A stretch of 63,421 nucleotides of DNA, filler included, from Folioceros fuciformis (Eukaryota): assembly GCA_049999805.1 (NCBI GenBank). It is 10 parts of 10 records of this genome, joined end to end, with 100 filler letters (N's around TTAATTAATTAA, not from the genome) between each part and the next. Parts side by side here need not be neighbours in the genome. Positions count along the whole stretch, not along the records: positions 59,945 to 63,421 come from JBNGIO010004832.1; 9 more parts are not named here. One strand, 5' to 3'. The translations under genes were made by a program, and so were the position numbers. How positions within the stretch are numbered: the stretch's first letter is position 1; each line of letters opens with the position of its first letter. Below are positions 60,301 to 63,421 of the stretch, piece by piece. The notes under the pieces were generated by a model. That model made no database searches. It worked only from the letters and a program-made list of their open reading frames with translations, and was not told the origin of the DNA.

Positions 60301-60874
60301 CATTGGTCGTATGTTCATGAAGGCTTGGTGAAGGAGTGTTATACCAACCTACAACAATCGAAGGAGGAGTTGGAAGCCCTACCTGAATGAAACGCGAGGA
60401 CTAACCCTCGGTGTTGGACTGTCCGCAGCATCCGACAGGTGTACGGTAGGTCGGAAGAGGAGAGCGATGGTATTGGGATCCTGGATAAAACCATAGATGA
60501 GCGGAGGTCACCCAGCACCACCCTACCATCTGGGGCACTAGAATTGTTGTTGGGAGGGGAGCTAGCAAGAACCAAGAATGGGTGGAGGACTGAGAGGATC
60601 AAGGAGCTCAAATGGCGGTTGTTCACTAAGGTGGTTCTTGGATTAGTGAACTATCAACGCACCTCATATTTCAGCAATGCTTTCCTCCACTTCCTTTGGA
60701 GAGTGACTCAAGGAGCAAAGCCATACTGGGGGTTAATTATGTATGAGGCGTATACCTACCACAGGGAGAAGTTGCTCAAGCCAAACGGAAGGGAGGGGGA
60801 GAGTGCACGCCCCTGCTACCTCTTGACTTACTTGGTGCACTTATAGAAGACCAAAGGGTTGTTTAAAGCGGCAA

Positions 60875-63421
60875 TGTATATGGTGCAAAGATGCGGACTG
60901 ATTAAGTTCGGGGTCTTATATACACGTTACCGTATTTAGTTGAACCGTAATTAACTGTTTTATAGTTTGTAACTATGTGAACCGCTAATTCTCATAGCTA
61001 GACGAACCGTGCCCTAATCCCGTCGAGTCTCCGTTCCGTCAACGTGTCGCTATTGTCACAACACTCCCCCTCGGTGCGGATAAGGAGACTGCTAGGCTGG
61101 TCAGTCAGTCTTCGACATATGGCCTCTTTGGTGCGTGCGTGTCTTCAGCTGTTGTTGTGCTCACTGTCCGCGCCATGATGGCTGCTACAGCTAGCGAGTT
61201 GTGCTGTACGGGTTGCATGTGAACTCGTGGAGAAGCGCGATCCGTCTGCTGTGATGGTGCGCGAACCCTTTGAGAAGGGACGCGGGGCAGTCAGTTTTAC
61301 GGCTCCCTCAAAGGGGGCGGAGGCGGACGCGATTTTGAAGAGGTTTAAGGTTGCCGTGACGCAACCTTTGCTTGACGACTGAGCTGCTTGTGCTGTAACG
61401 GAGTCGTTGGAGTTGTAGCTCCCCCTTTGTCCGATTGCTGGATGCGTGTAGAATATATGTCTTTGCTAAGTAGTCCAATTCCCCTTCTGTGCTTGTCGAG
61501 CTGCTGCTTTGCCAGCCCCTTGGTTAGAAGATCCGCCGTGTTCTCTGTTGTGCTCACGTATATCAACTTCACGTGCTTGTTGGTTACCACCTGCCGGATG
61601 AAATGGTGTTGGATTTCAACGTGTTTTGTCCTTGCTTGGAGGAACGGGTTTAGTGTCATGGCAATGGCGGACTGGTTGTCACACTGCAACTCTGTTGGCT
61701 GTTCCTGGTCCTCTTGCAGATTATGCAGAAATTATCAAATCCAGAGTATTTCCTTCGCGGCCAGAGATGTGGCTGCGTACTCGGCCTCGGTTGATGACAA
61801 GCATACGGTCTGCATCTTTTTGCATGCCCAAGAAACAGCGGCGTTGCTTATGATCATGCAATATGCTGCTGTAGACTTGCGAGCATCGAGGTCACCTGCC
61901 CAGTCTGCATCTGAAAATGAGGTTAGTACGCACTTCTGAGCTTTAGGGAGACCCTAAAGCTCAGAAGTGACGAGTGCCAAGTGACTTTGTACTTGATGCC
62001 GAGTGACTTTGTCCCTTTGAGGTAACGTAAGATCCTCTTTACGCAGGTCCAGTGTGCTGCGCCGGGGTTCGACAGGTATCTGGACGCAACGTTGACAGCT
62101 TGTGCTATGTCGGGCCGAGTCCATATGGCCAAGTAGAGCAGACTACCCACTGCCTCGCTATAGGGTATGTTTTCCATCTCTTTAGCGTGCTCAATAGTTG
62201 TTGGGCTGTCGAGAGCTGACACTTTCTTGCCTGCTGCAGTGGGAGTTGGTACGGGTTTTGCATCCATCAAGTTGAATCTTGTGAGAAGTTGATCTACGTA
62301 GTGCTCCTGATGGATGAAGAAGGAGTGCTCGACTGGGTTTCTGTCGAATTGCACTCCGAGTGCGTACCGTAGTATCCCCATGTCGGCTACCTCATATTCT
62401 TTTGTGAGCAAGTCCTTCGCGTGCTGGATTATCTGCGGGTCGGTCCTGAAGATAAAATTGTCGTCCACATATAAGGTGATGATCACGTACTTATTGCTGT
62501 TGATTCTTAACATGTACACACTTGTGTCGGCTGTGAAGGGTGTAAACCCACACTTCTTGAGGTAAGAATCCACCGTTTCGTTCCAGACCTGTGCTGATTG
62601 TTTAAGGCTGTAGATTGACTTAAGTAGCTTGCAAACCTTTCGCTGATCCTGCACAAATCCAGGTGGCTGAAGCATATATATGTCTTCATGCAGTGTCCCA
62701 TACAGGAAAGCCGTTTTGATATCGAGCTTATGTTGTGCGGCAAATGCCAAGAGAACTCTGATGGATGTTGCCTTTACCACTGGGCTAAACAGCTTAGTTT
62801 CCTCATAGTCGAAACCTGGGATTTGGGTAAATCCCCGGGCTACGAGCCTGGCCTTATACCGTGACACACTTCCATCTGGTTTGAGCTTTCTCCGGAAAGT
62901 CCACTTACAAGAAATTGGCTTTCTGCCCTGTGGTAAGTCAGTAAGGATCCAGGTTTTATTTGAAAGAAGTGAGTCGTATTCAGATTGTACCGCTGCTTTC
63001 CATTTGGGTATGTTGAGAGCTTCCTCAATTGTTGCAGGTACTCCTTGCATTTCAATAGCTGATAAGGCTTGATGCATGGCGAGGTGTGCCTGATCGACTG
63101 GTGTCGGTGCATCTAAAGGTAGGGATGCACTGGGAGAGGAGATCCTACTGACCAATGTGTCTCCTGGAGTATAGGGTGGATCCGACCACTCGGTCCTGGG
63201 AGGTTTATGCCTGGAAGAGCGTCTTAAAGTCTGTACATCTGGTAAGTGAGGAGGTTCAGAACCTACAGGTTGATTAGAATTTACCTCTCGTACTGCTAAT
63301 GGAGGTAATGTGAGGGCCTCTTGATCTTGGAAGGAGGATGACTGATCGGAGGAGTAAGTATCGTCATCGTGTGTGCCCCCCTCAAGATCAAGAGGGGGAT
63401 AACCATGAAGACCAGGTTTGG
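60875..63421 (-). mobile_element. Ty1/copia 3' end: RT-RNaseH, PPT (61064-61072), 3' LTR (60875-61063)
   Basis: YKARLVARG, LDIKTAFL, YVDD, SDADWAGD, SSTEAEY, CDNQSA, RTKHVE. PPT GAGGGGGAG abuts the TGTTG...TACA LTR. Confidence 0.9.
61931..61969. repeat. Perfect 18-bp inverted repeat with 3-nt loop at the copia RT/RNaseH junction
   Basis: CACTTCTGAGCTTTAGGG-AGA-CCCTAAAGCTCAGAAGTG. Confidence 0.9.

Overview
Eukaryotic land-plant nuclear DNA. A hornwort is the most likely source: the introns are short (~100 bp) and a PPR gene ends in a DYW:KP-type 'GRP' deaminase. The window is an assembly of 10 pieces joined by nine 100-nt N/TTAATTAATTAA spacers, so adjacency across gaps is not directly observed. 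One gap-free piece (13680-39730) holds the gene island: (1) a multi-exon SEN1/senataxin-like SF1 helicase (+, At1g16800-like); (2) a head-to-head nitrate-assimilation pair, made of an intronless NRT2 (-) and a 5-exon ferredoxin-nitrite reductase (+), whose 1.6-kb shared upstream region contains an NRE-like pseudo-palindrome; (3) an intronless PLS-PPR gene that fuses an N-terminal OSB-type 'PDF' ssDNA-binding motif to 18 PPR motifs and an E1-E2-DYW:KP(GRP) domain, a candidate U-to-C RNA editor with an extra nucleic-acid-binding module. A second, gap-truncated paralog with a different PPR code lies at 52.8-54.4 kb. The rest is mostly nested, decayed Ty1/copia and Ty3/gypsy elements with Met, Asp-type and half-tRNA PBSs. 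There is also a spliced Sola-like DNA-transposase remnant and two fold-back (templated-insertion) scars. Family assignments come from motif recognition by eye; no database search was run.
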